Of a stretch of 64,000 nucleotides of DNA, positions 1-13,953 are shown one piece after another. This stretch comes from Octopus sinensis. Taxonomy: Eukaryota. The notes beneath the pieces are model-generated. The model did not search any database, was not told where the DNA came from, and was given only the letters and a program-made list of their open reading frames with translations. The translations under genes were made by a program, and so were the position numbers. Each line of letters opens with the position of its first letter. Positions within the stretch are counted from its first letter, which is position 1. The stretch is taken from NCBI RefSeq assembly GCF_006345805.1, contig NC_043022.1, forward strand, positions 9,920,001-9,984,000, read 5' to 3'.

Positions 1-146
1 AGCCATGCCAAAACAGACAGTGAAGCTACATGAAGTCTTCTGCTTAGCCAAACTGTTTAACCCATGCCAGCATGGAAAATGGACATTAAATGATGACTTA
101 GCCATTACTCACAAGCACATGTAATGTTCTTTGTAAATCATTTTAG

Positions 147-646
147 GTGCTTCTTTTGGCTTCCCCATCCTCAATCCAGTGGAACCACCGAGGATGTGAC
201 AACCAGACTACTAAAGAGAGGGCAGTACCAGCAGTCAGCTGGTAGAAATATTTTCAGATCAAGAACATAGCACACTGTCTGACTCAGGAATCAAACCTGC
301 AGCATTATAATCACAAGCTAAACACACTAACCATCAGGCCATGCCTTCACACACACACGACAGGGAGAAGTATAGAAACACCTTCAGCATGAAAAACAAT
401 TAGCAAAGTTGTCACTGACAGACTGATGTGGAACAATTGTTCTTCATTTAAAACTACAAGGATTGACTGAAAAGTTTACCTGGGAAGAAACAATGCAGTT
501 ATTAATAAGATCTGAAATGAATGCACACAAAATTTCACAGCTCTAGCTTCACTCTTTCTTTGTCAGCTTATGAACTTTTCAGCTCACCTTCATGCACCAA
601 CAGTAGTAGTAGCAGCAGCAGCAGCAGTAGCAGTAGTAGTAGTAAG
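147..646 (+). CDS. Candidate internal exons 147-241 and 583-646 of an unidentified gene (VLLLASPSSIQWNHRGCDNQTTKERAVPAVS-C-SPSCTN-polySer-K)
   Basis: Acceptors ttttag and ttttcag, donors gtagaa and gtatgt, phases compatible; no recognisable family. Confidence 0.25.
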
Positions 647-1752
647 GTATGTCATAAAGTCGTCCATTTCAATAAGCCCTACTTGGAGCAGGTGAGAAGT
701 GGGGTTTCCACTGCATGGATTGTCTCTATCTCTGGCTAAAAGTGATGAACCAAACACTCATATTAGGTTAGGAAACATTCAAAGAAGCCAGCTGCATCTG
801 CCTCAATGTGAGATTTTCCCCCCATGATGTGATCAGCCTGATGCTCTTTTGATCATAAGTCCATACAGTAATCCACTTCAGTGTGTTAGCCCCACATGGT
901 AGGGTACATCACATAGCTATCTACTTCAATGTGTTAGCCTTAAGGCCTGGTAGAGCACTTCATATAGTCACACATCCGAAAGCATTTAACAACTTACATA
1001 AACGACATATTTCAAAGTGAAAACATTTTACCTTAGAGCGAATGTAAAGATGTGAATAGGGTTTAAATTCAGTCCTTTCGTGATCATGTTCTGCAAAAAC
1101 ATAGGCATTTGCCCAACAGAGGGCTACACCAGGAAGGGCAACAAAGAATGTTAGATTCCGCCAAAGTTTGACTCCCTCTGCAAAACATGAAATGAAGAAA
1201 GCAAAGGTGAAATCTTTAAATAAATAGAAGAAAATTAATCAAGATAAATTTGTTGTTTATGTAAAACTTGGTGATACCATCATCATTTAAATGTCTATTT
1301 TTCCATGCTGGCATGGGTTGGACGGTTTGACAGGAACTGGTAAGGCTAGGAACAACACCAGGTTCCATAGTTTGGTCTGGTATGATTTCTACAGCTGGAT
1401 GACCCCCACTCCTCCCCGCTGTAACACCAACCACTTTACAGCATGTACTGGGTGCTTTCCACATGAAGGTATGTTGGGACATGCCCTTGCGGGACATTGG
1501 GGGTGGTGAGGTTGGGGAGGTGATAGAGAGGCTTGGACTGGGTGAGTGGGTAGGAAGGAGGTAACTGTAGCAAAAGATAGAGAGAAAAGTAAGAGGGGCT
1601 CAGAAGAAAGGGCTGTAGTAGTTATGTGAAGGCATTGAGGGTATAAGCAGGTAAGAGAAGGAGAGAGAAGGCACAGAAAGGAGGTAATTGGTGGAGACAG
1701 GAGGTGGGGGGGGGATAGAAAATAGAAGTGGTCTGGGGTGAGGAGAAAAAAG

Positions 1753-2005
1753 GTAAGTGAGAAAGCCGGAGTGGGGAGAAAAAAAGTGAGAAAGCCAGGG
1801 TGGGGAGAGAAAAAAGTGAGAAAGCCGGGGCGGGGAGAAAAAAGTGAGAAAGCTGGGGCGGGGAGAAAAAAGTGAGAAAGCCAGGGTGGGGAGAGAAAAA
1901 AGTGAGAAAGCCGGAGTGGGGAGAAAAAAGTGAGAAAGCTGGGGCGGGGAGAAAAAGTGAGAAAGCCAGAGTGGGGAGAAAAAACGTGAGAAAGCCGGGG
2001 TGGGA
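1753..2005 (+). repeat. G-rich ~29-bp minisatellite (gtgagaaagccggggtggggagaaaaaa), about 8-9 units
   Basis: Direct tandem units visible; abuts the mariner TIR. Confidence 0.9.
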
Positions 2006-2007
2006 TG

Positions 2008-2720
2008 TACGAGGGGCGTTCAATAAGTAATGCCCCTGACCCACTTCCCATAGCAGTAGAGCAACGAAACTTGGCACATTTATTAGTCTTTTTCTACATA
2101 GGAACCACCCAGAGTTACGCATTTCTCCCATCGTTTGATGCGGCTCTGGAGACCGTTTTTGTAGAAGAACCCAGCTTGGTCCTCCAACCTGAACATGACT
2201 TCAGAAATCAAGGCTGCATCATCTGGGAAACGCTTTCCTTTCAAAAACAACTTCATGATTGGGAAGAGGTGAAAATCAGAGGGTGCAAGGTCAGGAAAGT
2301 AGGGGGGATGGGGAGGAGTTCATAGCTATACGCCTGTGCTTCTGATCTGGCGACAAGCGAGTTGTGGACCGGAGCGTTGTCCTGCAGGAGGAGGATGCCT
2401 TTGCTGATCTTGCCCCGCCTCTTGATTTTGATAACTTCTCTTAATTTCCTCAAAAGTGAAGCATAATAGGCTCCTGCAATTGGGGTACCCTTTGCCAGGA
2501 AATCTGTCATCACTACTCCGTCCTGGTCTCAGAAGACTGTGAGCATGACCTTGCCAGCGGAGGGCTGCACCCTTGCCTTCTTTGGAGGGGGTGAGTCACA
2601 GTGCTTCCACTACATTGACTGGGCTTTGGTCTCTGGATGAAACCTGAGTCCATCACGATGATCCATGGACAAGTTTTACCAAGGTGATTTTAGGATATCG
2701 ATTCTGCTGTGGTAAATAGG
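2008..2720 (-). mobile_element. Mariner transposon 3' remnant
   Basis: TIR-like tacgaggggcgttcaataagt at 2008; ILLLQDNAPVH and HPP/DLAP-like motifs. Confidence 0.85.
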
Positions 2721-4959
2721 TCTTAAGTACAGCAAGGCGTCAGATATCTCGGTCTTTTGTCATCTCTCCTGTAAGGCTCAGCATTTACTAAACAAACTGG
2801 GGCTGGTGCAAGTGTAGTGTTTTTTAACCCTTTAACTGCAAAATTAAATTTTATGATTATAGAAACAGGTGTGGCTGTGTGGTAAGAAGTTTGCTTTCCA
2901 ACCACATGATTCCGGTTCAGTTCCACAGCATGGCACCCTGGACAAGTGTCTTCTACTATAGCCCCAGGTTGACCAGACTAGTGAGTGGATTTGATAGCTG
3001 TAGATTGAAAGAGGCCCATGGGGGGGGGGAGCATCTTTGTGTTTGCCCCTCAGTACTGATGTTGGTGTGTTTACATCCCCATAAGTGAGCTGTCTGGCAA
3101 GAAAGACCAAACAAGGCTAAAAAAAAACAAAAGACACTGGAGCCAATCTGTCCCACTAAAATATAAGGCAGTGTCCCAGGATGGTCACAATCTAATAACT
3201 GAAACAAGTAAAAGATGCAGAATATTCCAGTAATGATATTATTTACCAAAACATAGAATTGGTATTTTCTGCAAGTCATGTTGCCTCAATCAATTTGAGG
3301 CATTTCAATTAAAAAATAGTTTTAAACATGACATTCTTCAACAGAAAATAGATTGGGATAGAAATCTGCTTTTCACAGTCAAACGGTAATGAAATTGTGA
3401 GTGGATATATCTGATTTCCACAGTAAAAGGGTTAAGAGTTTATTCAAGAAGTATTGTGATCATGACCTTCACAAGACCTCTCTGGGACCAGTGAGGTCAA
3501 TGCAGTTTATATTCTCTTGGAACACTCACGAGGAAAAAAGGACAAGAGCCGAAAGGGAATTCCAGGGAATATGGAAGGAAGGAAGGACTGGTAAAAGCAT
3601 TTAGAATGAGACTGGGAGAGGAACAATGTGAGGGGAAAAAAGGGGAAACAACTGAGTAGAGGTGATATGCCAACAGCCAGATCGAAGGGGTTACTGATGT
3701 AACTATAAAAGAGACAGAGTAAGGGCAGACAGTAAGAGTGTACTTGTGGGCCTGTACTTATTTTAAAACCTGGTAATCATTCTATCAGTCTCTTTGATCA
3801 AATAATTTAGTTATGGGGGGACATAAACAAACCAACAGTGGTTCTCAAATAGTGGGAGGGGACAAGCACAGACACGTGTATATACACAACAGGCTTCCAG
3901 TTCCTGTCTACCAAATTCACTCACAAGGCATTGGTCAACTGGGGATTGTCGTTGAAGATACTTGGCCAAAGTGCTGCACAAGGGAACTGAATTTGGAACC
4001 ACATGGTTACTAAGTGGGCTTGTTAACCACACAGCTATGCCTATGCCTATAATAAAAGCCTCAAGTATTGCACAGTAAACCCAAACCCATGATTGCAGAA
4101 CGAAAAATTCTTACACACCTCTGTAAGGCCACACCAGAATTTGGATTTTAGGCAATAAGGTCACACAGATGAGATGCTGCATGCATTGCAATGTAGCAAC
4201 TGATGCTGCAATGCAGATCGAGCTTAATCAATATCTATGATTAGAAAAGGACATTACTGTCTTGACGAGGATGGTTATGGTGTTTGGCAGACACATTTAC
4301 ACACCCACACAGACATTTATAGAAAGATCAACACATATTTTGGCAGTGATCCAAAGAACTATAATGGTTTAAACCAGCTGAAAGAATATAATTATACACC
4401 TATAATTTGAAGTAAATGTCAATCAGTCAAATAATGGTTTCGCATTTTGGCACAAGGTTAGTAATTTCAGTGGGAGCTCAACGGGTTCTTATTTTAACAA
4501 CCCTGAAAGAATGAAAAGGTTAAGTCAATCCCAGCAGAATTTGAACTCGGAACATAACGGATGAAATGCCACTAAGCATTTTGCCAAGGGTGCTAATGAC
4601 TCTGCCAGCTTGCCACTTTCAGTCGGTACGCAAGATACACACAGGTGTATGTGTGTGTATCCTCATTCTGACATCATGCGAGTGCTGTAAAGAGCAACAC
4701 ATTCATACACATGATGCCATTTCTGACCTTAAAATGCAAGAATGGTTCATTTGGAAATTACAAAATTCAAGCTCAAAACATCCACATCAGATACTTTGAA
4801 TGGTTGCGTAATGTCTCTTATGTGCATTTCTCTTATTTTTAATTGGTTATTTAATATTTAACCCTTTTGTTACCTTATTTCTGTTGAAATGCTCTCTGTT
4901 TCTTTCAATTAGTTTTAAATATAACAAAGAATTTAGCAAAATAATTTAGTTATGCCTAC

Positions 4960-5465
4960 GACTTGATGGGATGCATAAGAGGCAGTACGGACGTAGTATC
5001 CCTACACCTATCCATTGATGTGGAGAAATGTGTGGAGGTGATCAGCAAGAGTGATGTGGAGTTCTGTGGTTTTGACACTAAAGAACTAGGCCTCCTGCTG
5101 AAACTGACATGTGACAGTGATTACTTAAACATGACCTTAGTTGCTTCTGCCCCACTAGATCGATAAGCGGTAGACCCCCTATCATTACTTCTATGAACAA
5201 GAAGACCCCCTAAAGAGAGATGGAATGGGTGGACCCAGAGCTATACGGATCCCTGTAAACAATGATCAGGTTAAAAAGATGGCCACACATGTGGTGGGTG
5301 CGAGTACCAAGACCACACTCAAGGGCCATATATTTAAGTTTAATAACAAGATATATGCCCAAGAGGAAGGTGCAGCCTTCAGTGTCAGTATTGCTGGCGA
5401 TGTGGCTAACCGATTTATGGTCTGGTGGGATAGGAGACTTAAAGAGAAATTGGCTGAGAACTCCA
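4960..5465 (+). mobile_element. Penelope-like RT fragment, third family
   Basis: STDVVSLHLSI (motif A-like) and FKFNNKIYAQEEG...VANRFMVWWD (motif B-like). Confidence 0.7.
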
Positions 5466-5910
5466 TAGAAAAAAAAACAAAAAAAAAACTTCGTTATCAT
5501 TAAGCTAGTGTTAGGAACATAAACTGTGACTAAGGTTTGGTGGAAGATTTTAATTCAGAACTTTTGAAGACAAGATATTTGTGTTAAAGAGACAGAGGCA
5601 GTTTCAGCTGGGTTGGTATCAAAAGGGTTAATTTGCATTTTTGTAACATAACCATGTAGGTCTGGGTCCAAGCCAAAGCCTTGTGAATGGATTTGGTAAT
5701 GGAAATTGAAGGAAGCCTATCATATACATATATACACATATATTGTGTGTGTGTGTGTACTGGAAGGCCTCCCTGATGAAGGAAAGACTATTTAGTTAAG
5801 CAATTTGGGTCAAGATGGAAAAGAATGGTGCAATCAAGACAGAATGGGAAGCGCACTGTGACCAGCATTGTACAATAGCAACTGATTGTCTGGGCAATAC
5901 TATGACTGAG

Positions 5911-5941
<31 letters not shown>

Positions 5942-8240
5942 CACACACACACACACAGAGAGGAGTATGTGTGTATCTTTGTTCTGATATGTGAAGGCTT
6001 ATAAAGAGCAGCACATTCATAAAAGCGATGGCATTTCTGAGCTTAAAAACAGTCTGGTCAAAGATTTTAAGATCTTGCTTTTGTAATAACTGAAGAGTTT
6101 TGTGTTCTTCATACACAGAGAGGATGAGATGTAAAACAGTTTCCTTTGAGCCATGTAGTGATTGTGTCTTTGTGCTGGTATACCCCTGTCAAACAAGAGT
6201 TCCTAGGTCTGCCTGTTCGTGACAGTGGTGACAGGCAGGTGCAAGGTATTTAGACTGTGCATCATTCAGGACTAGAGACGGGGAGATATAAACCAAGATT
6301 GATATGAGCTATTTGGAGAATGTTTTTCAGGTGTCTTTTAATGAAAAAAAACGGTAAATTTTGGTGCAAGATGTCTAGACTGGTGGCAGATTTCTATCTA
6401 TTTTTGGTTTAAACTATTATGCAATATTCCTAACAGTAATTATTTAACCTTCAGTAAGGATGAACTTCTTAAAAGAAAAAGAAAAAAGAAAAAAAAACAA
6501 GGGAGTGACTGTGTGGTAAGTAGCTTGCTTACCAACCACATGGTTCTGGGTTCAGTCCCACTGCGTGACACCTTGGGCAAGTGTCTTCTACTATAGCCTC
6601 AGGCTGACCAAAAGCCTTGTGAGTAGATTTGGTCGAGAGAAACTGAAAGATGCCAGTCGTATATGTGTGTATGTGTGTCCAACATCAATGCTGGTGTGTT
6701 TATGTACCCATAACTTAGTGGTTCAGTAAAAGAGACTAATAGAATAAGTACTAAGCTTACAAAGAATAGGTCTCGGGGTCAATATGCTTGACTAAAAGGT
6801 GATGCTCCAGCATGGCCAGTCAAATGACTAAAACAAGTAAAAGAATAATAATTGATTCAAATATATGAATGTAAGCTTGACACTATCATTAAGATGGCTA
6901 ACGGTGGTAGAAAACTTTAGTGATGAAGTCTCTCAAATATAAATCTCCACAGCAGAAGTGTTAAGGCCACATCATCCCTTGGTGAAGAGAATTGGTCTGC
7001 AATAGTCCTGTGCCGGTGCCACATTAAAAGCACCCAGCACACACTGAAGTGGTTGACATAAGGAAGGGCATCCAATCATAGAAACTAGGTCAAATCAGAC
7101 TGAAACCTGGTACAGCTCTGGTCAAATCATCCAACCTATGCCAGCATGGAAAACACAAAGGATGAACAAGATGATGATGAAAATGACCAAGTAAGTTAAC
7201 ACTGGAATAATGGAATGGTTGGAATTAAAAATGTGAACATTCTAATGGTAAAATTAGAGAGCATAATTTCAATAATATTCAAGTTTGCTGAACTATATAA
7301 AAGCCTGTGAAGGTACAACAGGATTCTAGTAAACATTTACATGGAATCATTCTTGAATATTTTTGCCTTGTCGTAATAGAAATATATTTTCATAAAAACA
7401 TTGACAAAACCCATTAACTAGATCCATACGCATACATATATACACAAATTATTTTATGTCTGTTTTTCCATGCTGGCATGGGTTTGATGAGTTTTCCAGC
7501 ACCTTGTCAAATGATGCAGACCTTTTGCAAGGTCTAGTTCCGTCACTATTTCTTCTCACACCTTCCTCTTCTACAAAGCTCTCCCTACACGGATTGCTTG
7601 CCATGTCTTCACCCAACTATCAACCTTTATATGCATCACATGTCTATAACAACAGTCAACTCTCTTGCATTACTACAGCCCATTCATCTGGTGCCTATTT
7701 TCACCCCCTCTCAGCTCACGTATGCCTTGGCACTCAAGCATGCAACACATACCCAGCAGAGCATGCAGACCACCTTTCATTCATTTTCAGCCTTTACATT
7801 CAATACCTCCACCCACCATCCCCTGTGTTTCACTATTACATAATAACATACTGCGTAACCAAGGCTCATACAATCTGCCCTTCACGTTGTTGCTAACAGA
7901 AGTAACAATTCCTTGAGCAAATTCTACTACCCACTTCCACAACTGATCAGGTCAACTTCTGACAATACTCCCATACTTAGCAATCACCACACTAGAGTGT
8001 GTGTGTGGTGCTCTATCAATGGCCTTCTTCAAGTCAACGAATACTGGGTACAGTGGCTTATACTTAACTAGAAATTTCTAACCAGCACTCCATCGCTGAA
8101 GGTCCCAGTTGATCCGACCAACAGAACCCGTCATGAAATTAATGTGCACGGGGCTGAGCATTCTACAGACGTGTACCCTTAACATAGTTCTGAGGGAGAT
8201 TCAGCAAGACAAGGTTGGCCCTTTGAAATACAGGTACAAC

Positions 8241-8548
8241 TTTTTTTTTTATGTTCCTTCTTGAGCCATGCCTGGCTCATAAGGGCTGGTTTCCCAGTTT
8301 CTTGGCGTATAGGTTCCCCACCTGGACGGGACGCTGGTCCATCGCAGGTGAGCTGCAAGATGCAGGAAGAAAGAGCGAGAGAAAGTTGTAGCGAAATAGT
8401 CAGCAGAAGTTTCGCCATTACCTTCTGCTGGAGCTGCTTGGAGCATAGGTGTTTCGTTCATAAACACACACATCGTCCAGTCTGAGATTCGAACCCGTGA
8501 TCCCTCGACCGCGAGTCCACTGCTCTAACCACTAAGCCATGTGCCTCC
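8241..8548 (-). mobile_element. Young tRNA-derived SINE with poly(A) and an 11-bp TSD, nested in an older SINE
   Basis: tRNA-like head with A/B boxes, poly(A) tail, TSD acaggtacaac at 8230-8240 and 8549-8559. Confidence 0.8.
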
Positions 8549-8939
8549 ACAGGTACAACATTCTCATCAGCTGACTGGGCTGGAACTACGTATAATAAAG
8601 TATCTTGCCCAAGGACACAATGTATTGCTGAGAATTGAATTCATGACTTTACAATCATGAGCTAAATACCCTAACCATCAAACCATGCAAGGCAGCAACA
8701 GTGTTCCCCATCTTGAAAATATACATATATGATAACATCGTTTTAATGCCCACACAGGTCAAATGGAATGTCTAGTATTGAACTCCTAAGCAATATATAA
8801 TATATGCTGTTCATTTGTTTAGATATTGCTAAGGAGTTCAATACACGACATGGAATTTGTTAAGGCAGATCTTCTATGGCCACATGTCTTCCTGTATGCC
8901 AAACCTCACCCATTTCCTTGAAGGTAATATTCCCATTTT

Positions 8940-9175
8940 AAGGTGGCGAGCAGGCAGAATCATTAGCACGCTGGATGAAATGCTTAGAAGTATTTCGTCT
9001 GCAGCTACGTTCTGAGTTCAAATTCCGCTGAGGTCGACTTTGCCTTTCATCCTTTCGGGGTCGATTAAATAAGTACCAGTTACGCACTGGGGTCGATATA
9101 ATCGACTAATCCATTTGTCTGTCCTTGTTTGTCCCTTCTGTGTTTAGCCCCTTGTGGGTAGTAAAGAAATAGGTA
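8940..9175 (+). mobile_element. MetaSINE-like tRNA-derived SINE; other copies at ~20430-20790 (-), 23100-23500, 24235-24680, 51940-52150 (-)
   Basis: Core gcctttcatcctttcggggtcgat(a/t)aa...gtaccag; the superfamily name is from recalled consensus. Confidence 0.7.
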
Positions 9176-9983
9176 ATATTTCCATTGCCAGAGGATCCGT
9201 TTACACAAAACTGGAAACAAAGGACACAGCTTGCAAGAAAGTGACATTTGCTCACAACAATCATGAGATGTCAAAGAAAGTAGACAGTAACACACAAATA
9301 TATAAGATAGGCCTCTTTCAGTTTCCATCTACCAAATCTACTCACAAGGCTCTGATCAGCCTGGAGAAGACACTTGCCCAAGGTGTCACATTGAGACTAA
9401 ACCCAAAAGCACATGGTTGGCAAACAAACTTCTTACTACACAGCCACACATGTGCATATATCATCATTTAATATCCTTTTTTCTATGCTGACATGGGTTG
9501 GATAGTTCAACATGAACAGACAAGCCAGATAGTTGCACCAGGCTTCAATGTCTGCTTTGGTAAGGTTTCTACAGCTGGATGCCCTTCCTAATGCTAACCA
9601 CTTAACAGAGTATGCTGGGTGCTTCTCACACAGCACCAACACAAGTGAGGTAACCAAGTACCTGTAAGACAAGACCCGCCCTCAAATGAGTGAGGCATAG
9701 AATTGAGGGATAAAAAAGTCTATAAAAAAATATGCAAGTGTGGATGTTATGTCAAACATTCAAATTTATTTTACACACAGGTAAAACAAATTATTAAAAA
9801 TAAATATATTTACGCTCAGCAGTTTCCATTGATAATTAATTAGCCCTAATGACTTAAAAGAAAGTATAAGTATAAAGATTGTGAAGCTCATAGATCATTG
9901 TTCAGATCTATCCCCAAACCATAAGTATCACAAATGAAATGAAATGGCTAAAAATGAAAATCACAACCACTTTACTTTCACAG

Positions 9984-10765
9984 CTGGCTCACTTGGGAAA
10001 AATCTGGAACCTGAAGATGTGGTGGTGGCTGGTAGCACTGACTATAATTCATCTTTTCAAAAGTTTGGAAGTTCGATGGATGTGAGGGATGTTTCAGAGG
10101 CAATCCCTGAGCTTGAAGGTGAAGAAAAGCACTAAAGTAGTTCTGTAGCTGGGCTTGCAAGTTGATCAGGTCATGTTGACAGCAAGTGTCTTCTTAAGCA
10201 CAGTCACAGGTCAACTGCAACAGCATAATGTTACCACCATCATCTAATGTCAATGTTCTATGCTAGCATGGGTTGGACAGTTTGACAGAGTTTCTACAGC
10301 TGCATGCCCTTCCTAATGCCAACATGTGATATATAAAATCAACGCTCCTTTGAGTTTGCTGTTTCGAGAGTCATCTCAGCACACCTTTTTGCCCTTCATG
10401 GCACCTACCATATCAATGAGAGAGCCTCAAATCTAATTATCCACTTGGCCTGCTAGAAGTAGTAACCACATCCTACTGTCCTTCCCAAAAAGAAAAAAGA
10501 CAGGAACAGCACACCTATTGACTAGTGACTAACATGTGAAATGACAAGATAACTATGGCTAGAATGCATTTCAAAATAGATCTGCTTGAAGAGCAGTGGG
10601 TAAGAGCTATAAACAACAGCAACCATGACAATTGCTATATCATACATTAAACCCTGATCGCAATACTTTACCAAATCTTTTTCACTTTGGAATGAAATTT
10701 CTCCACCTGCTTTTATCTCTTCAGACACCATAGTGACTTCACTGACCGAGTCTGAAATGGAGTGA
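9984..10765 (+). CDS. Candidate terminal exon(s) of an unidentified gene: 9984-10135 (GSLGKNLEPEDVVVAGSTDYNSSFQKFGSSMDVRDVSEAIPELEGEEKH*) or 9984-10118 plus 10725-10765 (...PELE-DTIVTSLTESEME*)
   Basis: Two strong polypyrimidine acceptors, both phase 1; protein-like composition; internal gtgaag donor in phase 1. Confidence 0.35.
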
Positions 10766-13700
10766 CGGTGTCTACAACCACTGCAGATCCTCCCAAACCA
10801 AAGACATCAATGTAGCTGATAGCTTGAGGGTGTCTTCAAACACCTTGATGTTATTAAAAAAAAAAAAAAAGAAGAAAAAAAACTGAAGGACCACATTAGA
10901 TACTGTAATCAACTACTGACTGGAGCCTCAACATGCTATTACCAGCTTATCTCAGCTGGTTTCAGACCTTATTTAGACACATTGTCCAATTGCAGGTTGA
11001 ATGAGATATTCCCATGGTTGGATAATTGCCATGAGCAACTTCAAGGACTGCCAATGCAATGAGTAGGAACAGATAATACAAGCACAACATTTAACGTTCT
11101 AACAATTCCACCAGTCCACCACCTGGGACTGGTGTTTTATTAACCCCCTAAAAAGACAAAGTTGACCTAGTCAAAATTTTAACTCAAAGTGCAGAAAGCA
11201 AGAATGAAGACAAAAAATTCTATTTGATGCTCTAACTCTACCAATTCACCACACAGACGACAATTTCTTGGAATAATTTTTTGTACTTGTTTCAATGAAC
11301 TGAAACCACACCGGGGCACCGTCAAATTGACCCCAGTACTTATTTTTTAGTATGGAACTTATTCAATCGGTCTCTTGCTAAAATGCTAACTTACAGGGCT
11401 GTAAGCAAACCAATAGCAGTTGTCAAGCAGTAGGGGAGGACAAGCACAAAGACACACATCCGACGGGCTTCCACACAGTTTCTGTCTACCAAATTCACTC
11501 AAAAGGAACTGGTCAGCCCAGGGAATAGTAGAAAACACTTTGCCCAAAGTGCCACACAAGGGAATAACCTGGAATCACATTGTTGCTAAGCAATCTTCTT
11601 AAACATACAAGACGGCTACTGCTAGGTCTTTGACCAAAGGTTTGTCCTATCAGGGATTGCCTGGAACTCAACAATACTAAAAGGAAACAGTTTTGAAAGA
11701 TACCTTGCCTTCCTGAGATGCGAAAAGAAGAAATGCAATCACCCTTCACCTTATCAGACAACAAAGCAAGAGAAAAATAATGAAAGATGCTGATCAGATG
11801 AGAGGCGGGACGGGCATCGATTAAAAAACAAAAAATAAATGTACGTACTATATGAAAGAGTTATGAATAGGTAGATTATATGAAGGTCAGTTAAGAGTTA
11901 AGCCGATTAGAATATGAAAAGTAATACATATACTTTCATGCACTTTAAAAAACGAAAACAGAACAACAAAATAAGAAATATTTATTAATATTTTGTACTA
12001 GAAACGAATAACGTAATAAAAGGCAAATATATATATATATATATAGGTTTTATGATGCAAACAGGTAGAGTAGAACTGAAAGTGAATATATTTTTATCAT
12101 TGTTTAGCAGAAGCAATAGAGACTCAAGGGCCGTTTCGTACGTTTTAACTCAAACTGGTTTGATGAGTGCCAACGCATACGAAACTTTCGCATCTTGAGT
12201 CATTCTGTTGTTTCTGCTAAATATTAATTTTTAAAGTGCGTATGTGTCTTCACACACTTTATATAAAATGACCGTTTTCTGAATTTATCTTTATTTAGCT
12301 GGGGTTTTTTTTTTCTTTCCAGAAAACTAGCAACATTTGACGGCATGGGAGGTTTACAGCTCCAATTATAATAAATTTGTAAAACTTCGAAACGAAAGAT
12401 AAAACAATCAGATTAGCAATAAATATTTAAAAGAAAAGCTGTTCCCACAAATATACAAATACACACACAATCAGACCCACATAGATCTGACAAGTCATCT
12501 GAGACACACACAATTGCTTTTGTAAGAAAATAGAGTTGGGTGGGTCGCATATTCTACATGCCCACTATATATATATAATAATAATTATTATTATTATAGT
12601 CAGGGGTGGCCGAGCACGTATACCTGCAATCTAAGTTTTCAGGCGTTCTTAAAATGAGGTTAACTTAAGATAAATGAAAAGCACCGTTACTGACTTTTGA
12701 AGGTCAATGTTGGTTCACGTGCAAAGCCACACGCGGAAATATGATCGATTGCTCGCACGATTGTTTCAGTTTATTATGATTGGGAAACGAAGGGAAAAAG
12801 AGACGGGTCAAAATGTTCGAAGATTTTAACAAGATTCAGATATAGTATAAAGTGAAGTTACGAAATAACTAGTGATACAAGAAATGGTAGAGAGAGGAGG
12901 GAGGGAGGTAAAGTTTAGAGAGGAAATAAACAAGTCGTTGTTATAGTCATGGAAAGCTAATAAAAATGATGTGTAAAAAAAAAGGGGGAAAAAAGACTAA
13001 AATATGAAAGATGGGGGCCAGTATTTGGATGCTGCAACAGTTTTCGACCTTGGACAGGTGAAAGACAAAATCGGTCATCGACATCTCACAAGAATATGAA
13101 CGCAAACATAAAGAACGATAGTTTTTGATTTCTTTTAGAGGCCACAGGGATCAAAAATGTTGGGGTCAGTACAGGGATGAAATACAAAAACTATTTGTGT
13201 TGTAGCTGGGACAACATCGAAAGAAAAAAAGGAGGGGGGGGACGAAAACAACAATGGAGTTATAAACCATGGAAGTGTTAGCTTCCGTCGCTTCTCCGTC
13301 TGAATTTTTATTTAATCGTTTTCTTTCTTCCTCTCTTAAGCCATTAAATTCTCAATTCAATAAAATAAAATTAAAATTTCTAAGACATAAGGAAGGCTAG
13401 AAATAGCAGTCAAATCACCTTGAAATCATGCTGCATCGTCTTCAATAAATCATGATTTCTACCATAAGCACAGAGCCACAAATGTAAAGGAAGGGGTTAG
13501 TCAATTAAATCGATTCCAGTATTTAACTGATGTGTTACGTTCATCGACCCCCAAAAAGCACAAAAGACAAAGTCAAAACCTTAGTGGAATTTGAACCTAC
13601 AAACAAATGGGAGGGCGTAACTAAGTATATAGCAGAAAGCAGCTTAATATATATTCTTTTTACCAGAGTTGATTATATAATCACACTAGTATATCACTGG

Positions 13701-13874
13701 TATTTGATTTCAATGACTTATCGATGTTCCCCTAGAGAAAGATAAAGGGCGAAGCGGAGAAGTCTTGCTTCACGGTAAAAGATCCCATGCTTAAAACATA
13801 AAAGATTCGCAGTTAATTTACTGTTTAGGGAGTCGAACGTTTAACTGGATAATTCTGATGTTGAATGGTCTTAC

Positions 13875-13953
13875 CTCCATGGTCTCCAGAAGTGGCTGAA
13901 GGTCCTTGAGCGGAGAACGTCCTTCTCAAGATGTTACCTAGACGGGAAGCCAT
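13875..13953 (-). CDS. COX6A: Probable first coding exon of cytochrome c oxidase subunit 6A (MASRLGNILRRTFSAQGPSATSGDHG+G)
   Basis: Arg-rich mitochondrial-presequence-like N-terminus ending in GDHG(G), like invertebrate COX6A (..GEHSGG..); strong gtaag donor in phase 1. Downstream exons not found in the window. Confidence 0.55.

Noticed and set aside
570-10731. Minus-strand exon chain (10731-10540, ~10190-9992, ~3590-3530, 737-570) with some compatible phases
   Set aside because: Product is not protein-like, and the same intervals have stronger splice signals on the + strand.
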